A stretch of 50,650 nt of DNA, counting the filler, from Streblomastix strix (Eukaryota): assembly GCA_008636045.1 (NCBI GenBank). It is 2 parts of 2 records of this genome, joined end to end, with 100 filler letters (N's around TTAATTAATTAA, not from the genome) between each part and the next. Parts side by side here need not be neighbours in the genome. Positions count along the whole stretch, not along the records: positions 1 to 25,293 come from SNRW01000203.1; 1 more part is not named here. The stretch is one strand, 5' to 3'. Made by a program: the position numbers and the translations under genes. Below, in pieces: positions 12,322-23,335 of the stretch. The notes under the pieces are model-generated. The model had not been told where the DNA came from. It made no database searches and was given only the letters and a program-made list of their open reading frames with translations. Each line of letters begins with the position of its first letter. The stretch's first letter is position 1.

Positions 12322-14041
12322 ATGAATTGCTAGTTTATTAAAACGCATGTGCCTAAAACACAAACTAATATGAAAACAATCGAGAATTTGTTAAAGACCT
12401 TCGCAATTCAACCATTTTAGAATGATGGATAACACCATTTCTTAATCAAAGAGATTAAACCAGAATCATAAATGCCGCCATTGTTTAATATGGAAGTTAT
12501 TATTTGTTTGACCGATCCAAATCACGATGTAACATAGATTTAAAATTCATTCATTACACTTGAATTCACAATGAATCTGTTGTTCGATAATAAATTTGAT
12601 TAATTTAGTGATTCCTATAGAGCTGGAACATTTATATTTGTTAGATTAAAATCATTTGCATAACTAATTCGCGAATATATTCAATATCATCAAGGAAGAA
12701 CAATCAATGGATCTCTTCAGAACGATTCTACTACTGAATAATTTATTTATAATACTATCAAACCAAAATCAGAAAAAAAAATAGTAGATTCATTTATTCA
12801 CTCTATGAAAATGTACGTAAAGATGAAATATCACATTGTGGAAAATATCTTAGTATCAAAGATATTTCAGATGCACTTGCTTCATAAACTGCTGCACCAT
12901 ATGTAATGCCAATAAATTTCTCTGTTTCAATCCCACTAGATGATTTACTCATTTTCTCAGTATTCTCTGAATTTCTTAACGCATTAATTGTGGATCTCAA
13001 AATTAAATTCAAAATTAATCCTCAAACATTTGTATTCTGTCAAATTGATTTAATAATTTCGATGGTTAAATATTATACAATTAATAAAGATGAATTATTG
13101 AGCTCGAGTAAAGATAAGCTTAAGGATATTGGTCTATTATTCCGTAACTGGTTTCTCACTTTCTAATACGCAAATATGTTCACATAAATTGGATACACTG
13201 TTGATTTGATTACTGAAGTACGTGCTGAAGAATTAACTGCATCAAGATTGAAGAATCTCGTATGTGATATCAAACGAGTAACAATTTCTGTAAGAAACTA
13301 TATCATCATTGCAGCTGTTGCAAATATGTGTGGATATAAAGCATCAGAGATTTGTCTCAATCGTGTTCAATAATCTAATTAAAGTCGTACATTTGTTGTT
13401 CCTGCATAACATATTGAAACATGGGCATTTCCAAGTGCTGCATCATCTGCAGGAATAAAAGCAACTTAAATATACCTCTATCTCATGTTACTGATATGTA
13501 CTTATTATTCCCTAAAGGTGCTAGACATGTTACTTGTTATGAAAATCCATGCTATTTTGATATGTAAATTAATACAATGAATAGAAATTTCCCAGATTTC
13601 CCAATGAATACTCTTAACGAATAATTTTTCACGATGTAATTATAAGCTAATATTCTTGATAATATATTCGAGGCATGTGATGAATATGAAGATTCATTCG
13701 CAACTCCAAGTGCTAGTAAAACACGAAGATACAATCCAGTTAGTGATTATACATCATTCTTCATCACAATATAATGTGAACATAATAGTAATCGTGCATT
13801 AACATTTGATGGATAAGATACTCAAAATTAAAATATTTCAATTGAACTAAAAGGACATCCAATATTCGCAGGAGATGTAGATACTTATTATAATGTTGAT
13901 ACTAATGGAAAACATCCACTTCCTCCGATTTTGAGCACTGTGCATGATACTTTCTGGCTATTCAGTCCTAGAGATGGAGGATTTTGCTTATACGATACAA
14001 TTCATTCATTTGATTAGGTTATTGACTAGATTATAGCTTGA
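12322..14041 (+). pseudogene. Putative major capsid protein (double jelly-roll, Maverick type); two frameshifts (~12780, ~13470)
   Basis: ~570 beta-rich codons: NSFITLEFTMNL, FIFVRLKSFAQLIREY, VSIPLDDLLIFSVFSEFLNALIVDLKIKFKINP, LLFPK...TCYENP, YTSFFITIQCE; size and position before a penton-like gene. Confidence 0.7.
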
Positions 14042-14082
14042 TATCAATAGAATATTATTTTTGTTATAAATTACCATTCGAT

Positions 14083-14445
14083 ATGACTTCAGCTCCTAAT
14101 GTACAACGCTTCGTAATATTGTAGGATGATTGTACGTATGTAGATGGAATGTTTAAAGTGTAGTTGCCCTATGATTTTGTTAATTCAAATAATGAGCGAA
14201 AAATAATATTTTTGTAATGTAAGATTCTTAATACTTCTGACATTGTTTCTATTCATTCAACACTAGTATAAGAAGATTAATATTACGATAGTTTTGTAGG
14301 TTTTTATTATAAAACAAGAACAATTAATGAATTTTAATAAATGAGTCACTAACGAAGCATGTTGATTTGGTTCAAAAATAATATGAATTAGAATGTATCA
14401 CAAACGGATATAAAATTTGTTGTTGAGTTGATGCTTATGTATTGA
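14083..14445 (+). CDS. Putative minor capsid (penton) protein, 120 aa, single jelly-roll-like
   Basis: Intact frame ...KVQLPYDFVNS...VSIHSTLVQ...YYDSFVGF...LIWFKN...KFVVELMLMY*; directly follows the MCP. Confidence 0.55.
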
Positions 14446-14661
14446 TTGTGAACTAGTCCGTTTAATTTGAACGGATCTATCGAATATAGTGATTATTGCT
14501 CGAATTATCGGTACACTTTGACGGTCCCATTTAAGTCCAACCCCATTTACTATGGAGATTAATGTTCGAACTATCGGTTTAATTGATCCGTTAAATTTGT
14601 CCTCTCGAATTATTTTTATAAATTAATCAAAATATAATTTGGATACTTTTATTATAAGGAA

Positions 14662-14922
14662 ATGGATTCAAAAAAATTTACTAAATAATGCTAACATTTA
14701 TAATAAATCTTAGATTAATGTAAATAAATCAAAGAACTTGAGTAATAGGCTCATGATTTAAAATTATAAATTAAGGAAAAAATAATCAATAGATTAATAA
14801 GTTTAGATTGTAATTTTGTTGATCCTATGACTAATGAAAGTGATGAAGATACAAGATTCTAATTAATGGAGCAATATTATGCAGATTTTGAGGAGATTAT
14901 CAAGGATATTAAAAGGTTATGA
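14662..14922 (+). CDS. 86-aa hypothetical coiled-coil protein
   Basis: Intact code-6 ORF MDSKKFTKQCQHLQQILDQCKQIKELEQQ...FEEIIKDIKRL*. Confidence 0.5.
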
Positions 14923-15118
14923 AGAAATGTAATGAATTATTTTTAAACAATCAAGGGATAAAAAGTGTCTCTAGACTTTTGTGGAGATTAGTGGTCAAAT
15001 TATCGGTCCAATTCAGCTGGAATTAAAACTTGCTAGCACTCTCTCATAAATTAATTTTATGAATTGATTAATAATCGTTAGGATCAGTTTATTAATTATA
15101 CGTTTTATTGACGAGAAA

Positions 15119-15740
15119 ATGGAGTCAACAGTAAATTGCAACGGTTAGGAAATATTCGTTAAAAAATCATGTAATGGTATCGAAATAGTAATTCATAAAT
15201 TAGATCTATACGTTAATGATTCGTAAGTAGTAATGATCCATAAAAATAATAATCATAATTACTTAAACACATTATTCAAATCAAAGAACCGGTAAGAATA
15301 TTATGGGCATTTTGTTCAAAATCATCGTGAAGATCAAGGGAGAATATTTTCTCCTTAAACTTTTATAGAGTCAGTTGATACTTATTAAATAGAGTATAGA
15401 GGGACTTGGGTTCATCCAAAATTAGTTAATTATATCGCAATAAGGGCTTCTTCAAAATATGCTTCAATAATAGGAGAAATAATAGATAAAATTAATGAAA
15501 GGTTTATTGCAGAATACAAGGCTGATCCTAGTACTCCTATAGGTACACATGTCAATAATGTTACCAGTGAATTCATGAACTATTAATAGGAGAAAATTGA
15601 TTAATTAAGAAAAAAAAATATTGAACTAAACACTGATGTACGACATTTATAAACAAGAGCTGTTCCAAAAAGTAAACAGAGAAGCTTTAGCTTGACTGTT
15701 GAAGAGGTTTATCAATATGGTGATTAAATTAAGATTTAAA
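15119..15740 (+). pseudogene. KilA-N domain protein, 3'-truncated by the element at 15741
   Basis: YRGTWVHPKLVNYIAIRASSKYASIIGEIIDKINE (KilA-N core) followed by a coiled coil and RAVP. Confidence 0.8.
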
Positions 15741-16346
15741 AGAAGGGAGATATGATGGAGTTTATGGTAAGCGTTTTTCTAGGGTTATTTGATGATAAAT
15801 AATATGATAAGTAATTAAGAAAAGGATTTGCTGAATTTAGCGATGAATGACTGGAAAAGTAAATAAGATGTAAAATAATGGAATTTAATTATTAATAATA
15901 AAGTTTAAAAATATTATGTAGAAATTTCGTTAGTAGTGATTTAGGATAAAATATGTCTTCTTGAAGCTGGAGCATGATAATTAGAAAATATGTAAAATCA
16001 GTATTAGAATAAGGAATATTAGGCGGCACGAGGCTCGAAACAAATGAAGATGGTTTATAATAATGATATTTGACATGAGTTATTGAATGAGTAGTTTGCA
16101 GTCGAATTAGGGATAAATAGTATGAATTATTATTAAGAATGTGGTTAGAAATGAAATTTAATGTTGATTTTAGTATTTAAGTTGAGAGTGATGTAAGAAT
16201 TGGTGGTTACTATGAAAATTACTTATGAATTACGCAAGTTAGGTTTCGCTCTGTGGTAGACAGTTGCAATAACCATAGTTTTCTATATGTTTCATTGTAT
16301 TGCTAGTAAAACACTTGCCTAATCAACTTCGTCATATCTCCCTTCT
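15741..16346. mobile_element. 606-bp non-coding element with 15-bp TIRs (AGAAGGGAGATATGA)
   Basis: 15741-15755 and 16332-16346 are perfect reverse complements; termini and subterminal sequence related to 25753-26259; no TSD seen. Confidence 0.75.
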
Positions 16347-16403
16347 ATGCAAAAATGAAGTTTACTAAAAGTTAACGATAGAATATAAGAGACGGTTAAG
16401 AAT

Positions 16404-16765
16404 TCATTATACTTTATAATCTTCATCATTAAATTTATTAATAATTTGTTCAATAGGTTCATCTTCAACATACAATTCAAGCTCAGCTATTTTATCTTCG
16501 TTAAGCTTATAGAATCTAATATTTTATTTCATATGCATCTATATTATGGTATCATAGTTCTTATGAATTTATAATCTGAAATTTCCTGGATTAATAGAAT
16601 CTGGACAGTATTATGAAGCTATATCACATATCCATCCAGTTCTTAACTATTTGAAATATTTTATACAGAATCTATCTATCTCAGTTAAAGATATCTCAAA
16701 TATTTCCTTCTTAGCAGAGATAATAGAGAAAAATTTTGGATGTTAAGATTTTTCGTATAAAAATG
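16404..16765 (-). pseudogene. Probable C-terminal fragment of a D5-like primase-helicase
   Basis: AKKEIFEISLTEIDRFCIKYFKQLRTGWMCDIA...RFYKLNEDKIAELE resembles the C-terminal GLNQVDRYIVDKFPIIEIG region of the 2039-4986 helicase. Confidence 0.45.
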
Positions 16766-16774
16766 CCCTCATTC

Positions 16775-17009
16775 GTCCACGCCAAATGATTATCATCATC
16801 AACGCAAGAATCAATCATATTCACTAGTCAAATGTCATGGACGATTTTAGTTAAATATTCGAAACGGAGAGCACTAATTTTATCCTGATAATTGGAATCG
16901 TTTGTCCACGCCAAATGAACAGCAATATATTAACCATATTCACTAGTCAAATGTCATGGATGATTTTAGTTAAATATCAACAACTAATTTTATCCTGATA
17001 ATTGGAATC
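16775..17009. repeat. Imperfect tandem duplication (two units of ~125 and ~106 bp) upstream of pPolB
   Basis: GTCCACGCCAAATGA...CATATTCACTAGTCAAATGTCATGGA.GATTTTAGTTAAATAT...ACTAATTTTATCCTGATAATTGGAATC at 16775-16899 and 16904-17009. Confidence 0.85.
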
Positions 17010-17123
17010 ATAATCCCCACAACCAATGCATATTGTTAATTATTATAGTCAATGCATAAATTAATAGGTAAAAATTAATATTATTATCTATGATGATTAT
17101 TTATTTTTATTATTTCATAATAA

Positions 17124-20100
17124 ATGTCGAAGTTGACAAAACCACAAATTTTTTAATTAATGGCAATTATTAGACCAATCAATGAATCGGATAAATATGG
17201 TTCATTATACACTGAATTAGTAACTAAATTATAGGATTTAAATTATACAGGAAGTAGAACAAACTTCGATAATGTGCGACAATTTCTTGAGTAACAATTA
17301 GGATAACCATATCAATAACTTATGTAAGAAAATGATGTCAATTAATCAGATTTCGTAGATAAGTTGTATGATAGATAACATCAACTTTTCATTAATGAAT
17401 TCGATGTTAATAGGATGTATAATGATAGAATTAATAAAGCAAAATAGAAATTAAGAGTATATGATAATATAGATTAATTCAAAGTTAAACAGTTTGATGT
17501 TGATAGAATATATAAAGATAAAATCAATAAAATTAAAAGTAATCTCAATCAATAATTGATGCAAAATAAAGATGATATCTCTAACGCAATTTCAACAATT
17601 GAGAATTTAAAAAGGGTAAATAAATTATCATAAATTGCATTACAATTATGTGATGTTGAAACTGAAGAGGAAGCAATTAAAGCAATAAAGAGAGTAAGTA
17701 AATTCAAAAATCGTGAAGCAGTTGCTGAAGTTGTTTATGATGAAATTACTTATAAACTTCATTACTTTAATAAACTAACTCAGTAAGAGCAACTGTCTTA
17801 ATATGCAGATAAAGTATATGATTCGTACAAAGGACTTCCGTTTAAAGTTCAAATTGATTTTGGAGTTCTATTATAAGAAAAACTTGATGGAAATAATTAT
17901 AAATATTCAGCCAGAATTCCTTCACTAGATAACGCTTTTAAACATCAATAATCAACAATAACTGATAAGAAATCATTGGAATAATTCAAAGTAGATATAT
18001 TCAAATATTTAAGAGAAGTAATGGAACGTTCATATGACGACACTAAAAATCTGATAGTTGGAATATTTAATGTAATGTTCGCTACTTATAAGTTGATAGA
18101 TACTGGAGCAAGAATGCCATATCTTGATAAGCATGTTAAATAACATTCAGTTCATTATGTAGATTCAGATTATAAAATATGCTTCTTTACAGCATTAGCC
18201 TATAAAATAAGAAGTGAAATTGATGAAAAAGTTGATCGTTGCTAAGTAATTTCATTTGCTAAATAATTATTCGCTTACTACTACAGAATTAAAGGTAAGT
18301 ATTAACTGTTTGAATATATGTATAATAATGCTGCTAAGAAAGATTAGTCTCTTAACAAATATCTATAGGATTACTAAGGTTTCAATATCTCAACTGAAAT
18401 GACTAAATTCACTGATACATTTAACCTTGTTGTTAATATATACACTTATCACGAAGAATTAAAAGGGAAAACAGGTTAATATAGGCTATTTAATTCATAT
18501 GGTGAACTTAATAATGAATCAATGACTTTATACTTATTACTCATTAGTGATGGGACTGAGCAGCACGTAATGTATGTATCTAATGTTGAAAAACTAACAG
18601 GAGTTCTTATATGCCCTTACTGCCATGATTATGTGACAATATTGTCAACCACTAACAAAAGAGCTAATGAATATTTCAATACTCATGTGGAAAAATGTAA
18701 ATCATCAACTCATGAGCCATCAATTTTATTACATGACGTTCCAATGCCTATATGTCCTGCAATATTAAGTCACCCTACAGTATAGTATTTAATGGCTTAT
18801 GGAATAATGGATCAGTTTAAAGCATAGCGAGGATTCATAACATATGACTTTGAAATATTAAATGATTAGGTTATGAAGAATATAACAGATTAAACAACAT
18901 TACTCTCTTAATTATCTAAATTATCAATTTCATCAACAAAAGTATATCCAAACAGAGACAAATAATATGAATTAGTTAAGAGATGTTACACATTATTCGA
19001 TGAATTATCCGATAATTATTAAGAATAATTAGAAAATTATGGATTATCATCTAATTCATCATTTGTTCATTTATTGCTTGCATAAACATTTGAATCAGCA
19101 GAATAGATATATTAGTGTATGAAGTATGAAAATGAAGATATTCCATTTGACAAATGTGTTAAAGTATTGGGGTGGAATAGTTCAAGATTTGATATCGCTC
19201 TGTTATGGGATGCATTAGACTGTGAACTTTGGACAATGGGTGTACCAATTGGTGATCTCAATAATACTAAATCAATTACAGTAAGACACAAGAAATCACA
19301 CATGAAATTACAATTCATCGATACAGAGAACCTTTTTGGTCCAATGACATTAAAAGTCTGCGTAAAGGATTATGGTGATAAATCTGAGCATAAAGATGTA
19401 TTTCCTTATGAAATTATTAATTCAAAGAATTGGAACGAAGTATTAATGAAAATGGATCCATTTGAATATGAAGATTTCAAATCATAGCTTAAAGGAGGTT
19501 ATTCTATCACTAAAGATGAATATGATTAATATTTGATAGATTTTAAGAGGTTCCCAACAGATTAGAGTATCTCAAATACTATAACATTAACGATACTGAA
19601 ATTATGGTAAAGCCATTAATGAATTTGATTGATACATTTGAATAATTCAATATTGATGTTTTGCACTATATTTCAATTGCTTCATGTGCGTATGCAACGA
19701 AACACTATTCAATATACTTTCCTTCTAAATTCAATCTTGAAAGTGACAAATAAACATATTACTCTGATTTTGATATAAATGCAAACTATTCCAATCCAAA
19801 TCCTAAAGCTAAACCATTTGAACTAACAGCAGGGTGTTGGAAGAAGAAATGCTATCACTATAAATAACAAGATTACAAAGCAGGTAGAGAAACAGATAAA
19901 AACGTAACAGCTCATGACTTTAATTACTACAATCAGTTATTTGAAACATCAGTGTGTTCAATTTGTAGTGCAAAATTCACTTATGACAATCCTCCCAGCT
20001 TAGATAGATAAGACAATGAACTTCCTCAAACGAAAGCTAACTGTTTGCCTGCATGTGTTTCATGTAATATAGCGCATGCAAATAGAGACCCAAAAATAGC

Positions 20101-21691
20101 TTCATTACATATCAAGATGAGATAATATGCAATTAAACTCAATTTACCTATGACAATAAATGATGAGAGAATATATAAATTATTTCGAGAATGTATTACA
20201 GGTGGACTCGCAGCGGTATTTCATAGAGAGAATATTGCTGGTAAAACTCATATAAATGAACTAACTTATGATGAATAATAAAACTAAGTGATCTCATAAG
20301 ATAATGAAAACGTAGTTACTCATGTATTCGCTCTTGACGGTAATAGTCTTTATCCCAGTTCATATTCATCAGTCAAAAATGAAAATATCCCTTATACTGA
20401 TCATAGAATGTATGTGGTAGGCAGATCTAGATTTTATTCAGAAAAACCGAATGTGATCAAAAACTGTATAGACTAGAGAATAGAGATATTTGTAGCAAAA
20501 GTCAAAGGCTATTTTCCTAAATCAAAGTACAATAACTTACTCGCACTTCCACCAATCTTTAGAAATATTTAGATTGAAAACAAGGAAGAATTGATAAGAG
20601 AATATATGTATTCATAAGCACAAAAACATTCACTTCCAATGTCAAAGAAAGATAGAAAACTAACAACATTAGTTGATACTAATGGATAATATATGGTGTT
20701 TAATAACAATTATTTATGGTTACTTATTGATCTTGGTTTCGTGATTACTGACTACAAATCTGTTGCAGTATTTGAGAAAAATACGGCATATGAGCCTTTC
20801 GTTAGAACAATGATGAATTTAAGGATTTAAGCTGTATTGGCAGGATCAACTAAAGAGAAATTCTATAAATTAATAATTAACGCATCATATGGATATGATA
20901 CTGTAAACACAGAGAAATTTGGAAAGATAAAGATGTTAGATAAAGCTGGTACTTTCATCGCATAACGTCATCCTAATCACATTGGTACCAGAAGGATTAG
21001 TGCTAATACGTTTGCAGTATAAATTAAGCCTAAGACAGCTACTTGTTTTACATCAATTTAATCAGGAGTCTTTATTCTAGATAATGCAAAATATTGGTAT
21101 CTCAATTATATATATAACTTCATGTACAAATGTCTTAACCGTAAATGATTTCATTTTGTTCTTGCAGATACTGATTCAATCTATATTGCAATAGCAGGTG
21201 ATCCAAATAAAGACTGTCATTAATAATTTGAATCAATAGTCACAGGTAAACAGTTCTATGACTAACATGTATACTAATATTTACCTGATCCTAATAAAGA
21301 CATCTATGATTATAAAAAGATACTTGGATTTGAAATAGAAAATGAAGGATATGAACTTACATCATTAGGACCTAAGTGCTATTCAATGATTGTAAATAAA
21401 TGGAACAAAGAAAAATAACAATATGAATTTAAACCAAAAATAACATCAAAAGCGATAAATAAATCACAATAAATATCTCATAGTGATTACGTTAATGTAA
21501 TTAATAAGGATATAGTGAAGAAAGGTATTAATGGAACATTAAAAATGTATTATAATGTTATGAGCAGCATTCAAGTTGAAAAGTATGCGTTAACAGGGTT
21601 CAATAATAAGTCAATAGTACTTAGGAATTAATGTTGTTGTCCTTATATTAAAGGACTGACAGCAAAGGATTATATTATCAAAGATTAATGA
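17124..21691 (+). pseudogene. polB: Protein-primed family B DNA polymerase (~1520 aa); one frameshift (~19560) and one TGA (~21146)
   Basis: ExoI FITYDFE, ExoII VLGWNSSRFD, FIDT, KDVFPYE, ExoIII YYNINDT; Pol A ALDGNSLYPSS, Pol B KLIINASYG, Pol C LADTDSI, GPKCYS; N-terminal CF...H putative protease and CPYC Zn motif; CxxC...LDR.DN...CxxCN insert. Confidence 0.93.
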
Positions 21692-21719
21692 ATTTTATTA
21701 TTTTTTATTTTAATCTAAA

Positions 21720-22082
21720 ATGGAAACCATATAGCAATATCTAACTCAAATTGATGCAAACAAAAAATAGATTAATTGGCTGATAAATCTATAATCATAA
21801 ATAATATAACTTGAGAATTAAATAAAATAATCTAAATAGAAGCCAAATCATACTAATCAAACAGATAACCCCTTCGGTGACATTAAAGTTATTGACAACA
21901 GTGTTAATCCCTTCGCTGACATGAAAAAAATACTTAAAAATAGTATATAAAATGAATTACATTGGATTAATTGTAATAACAGTAGTTATAATAGATTATA
22001 TAATATATTAATGGAATATGATGAAATTAGATATAATTATTAGCAATAATTAGAAGATCTGCTTGATAATATTGATGATTGA
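21720..22082 (+). CDS. 120-aa Gln-rich coiled-coil protein with two NPF motifs
   Basis: Intact code-6 ORF METIQQYLTQIDANKKQINWL...DNPFGDIKVIDNSVNPFADMKK...LEDLLDNIDD*. Confidence 0.5.
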
Positions 22083-22105
22083 TTGATTATTTTTGCATTA
22101 ATGAA

Positions 22106-22249
22106 ATGACTCTCTTCGAACCTTTAACTGCAAAAATAACCTTTGCAATTGAAGCTCTTGAATAGCTCCATATTGATTGGCATGCTATTTGGAAAGCTAT
22201 TTATGAGGCGGGAATCAAATTCGCTTGTGAATCAAAGTTATGCAAATGA
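22106..22249 (+). CDS. Small hypothetical protein (47 aa)
   Basis: MTLFEPLTAKITFAIEALEQLHIDWHAIWKAIYEAGIKFACESKLCK*, preceded by TTATTTTTG. Confidence 0.35.
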
Positions 22250-22294
22250 ATAAAAAAGAAGTTAGATATTATTTTTTTCATTTTTTTATTTTTG

Positions 22295-22893
22295 ATGAAA
22301 ATGCCAGATATTGAAACTGAAACAGAATTCGTTACTCTTAAAGCTAATAGTGAATTTGAAATCTCAGCACATGAACTATGGATTGTACGGAGAAAAGAAG
22401 ATGGATTTATTCCTAAATTCAGTAAAAATAATAGTGGATATATAATAATAAATCTTGATAGATAACCTTATTCATTGCACAGATTAGTTGCCGAATAATT
22501 TGTTAAAAATGATGACCCAATTACAAAGACATAAATTGATCACAAAAATGGAGTTAAAACAGATAATAGTATAGAAAATTTACGTTGGGTATCGAATTCA
22601 GAAAATTGTAAAATAAAACGAAACACAATGCTGATGTTATATATGAATATATTGATGAACTTCCTGATGATGCTATAGTAATTAATGATTATGGATCACA
22701 TAGATTTGAATTCTATTCGTATAGCGAAGAAACAAATAAATTTTATTACTATAATGGTTTAAAATAAAGGGTGTTACATACCAACGAGATAAAACGAAAT
22801 GGATCATTATTTTTTTATGGTTATGATAATGAAGATAGTTTAGTAAAAATTTGTATCAATAAATTCAAAAGACTATATAACATAATAAATTGA
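22295..22893 (+). pseudogene. HNH homing-endonuclease-like protein (HNH_3 type), one frameshift (~22620)
   Basis: SGYIQINL...SLHRLVAEQFVKNDDP...QIDHKNGVKTDNSIENLRWVSNSENCK, then C-terminal YEYIDELPDDA...KFYYYNG...INKFKRLYNIIN*. Confidence 0.88.
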
Positions 22894-22954
22894 AAATAAT
22901 AAATGAGGAAACTAGATATTAGTATTTTTTTCTACTTTTTTATCCACATTATAA

Positions 22955-23302
22955 ATGGCGTAGATAGAGACTGAGACTTATCCCATTAGAATAAAATCAC
23001 GTGCTGAATAGAGAAAAAATCGTTTTATTAATCGAGAGCTTAAATATGATTTTGTGTATTAACTCCCTACTGATGCTTTTTGTATCGAAAATTATGATAG
23101 TGGTCGCGGATATTATGAGTTTTAACATTATTATTACTATAGTTAGCGAACGGATAAATTCTACTCACATAATTACTTGATATTACCTATTAGTGTATAA
23201 AAGAAAACTGGAGCTTAAATTGTTTATTTAAGTGATTCAAATGATTGTAGAGTAGGTATAAATATCAATAAATTCAAAAGATAACACAAAATAATAAATT
23301 AA
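22955..23302 (+). CDS. Paralogue of the HNH protein C-terminal domain lacking the nuclease core
   Basis: YDFVYQLPTDA...YYYYSQRTDKFY...INKFKRQHKIIN aligns with the HNH C-terminus; TAA occupies the position of the paralogue's TGA. Confidence 0.6.
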
Positions 23303-23335
23303 GCTGTTTATTTTTGCTTCCTTATTTTAAATTAA

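Noticed and set aside
16775..17009. Repeat-spacer pattern resembling a CRISPR array
   Set aside because: Only two long imperfect units, no regular spacers, no cas genes, eukaryotic context.
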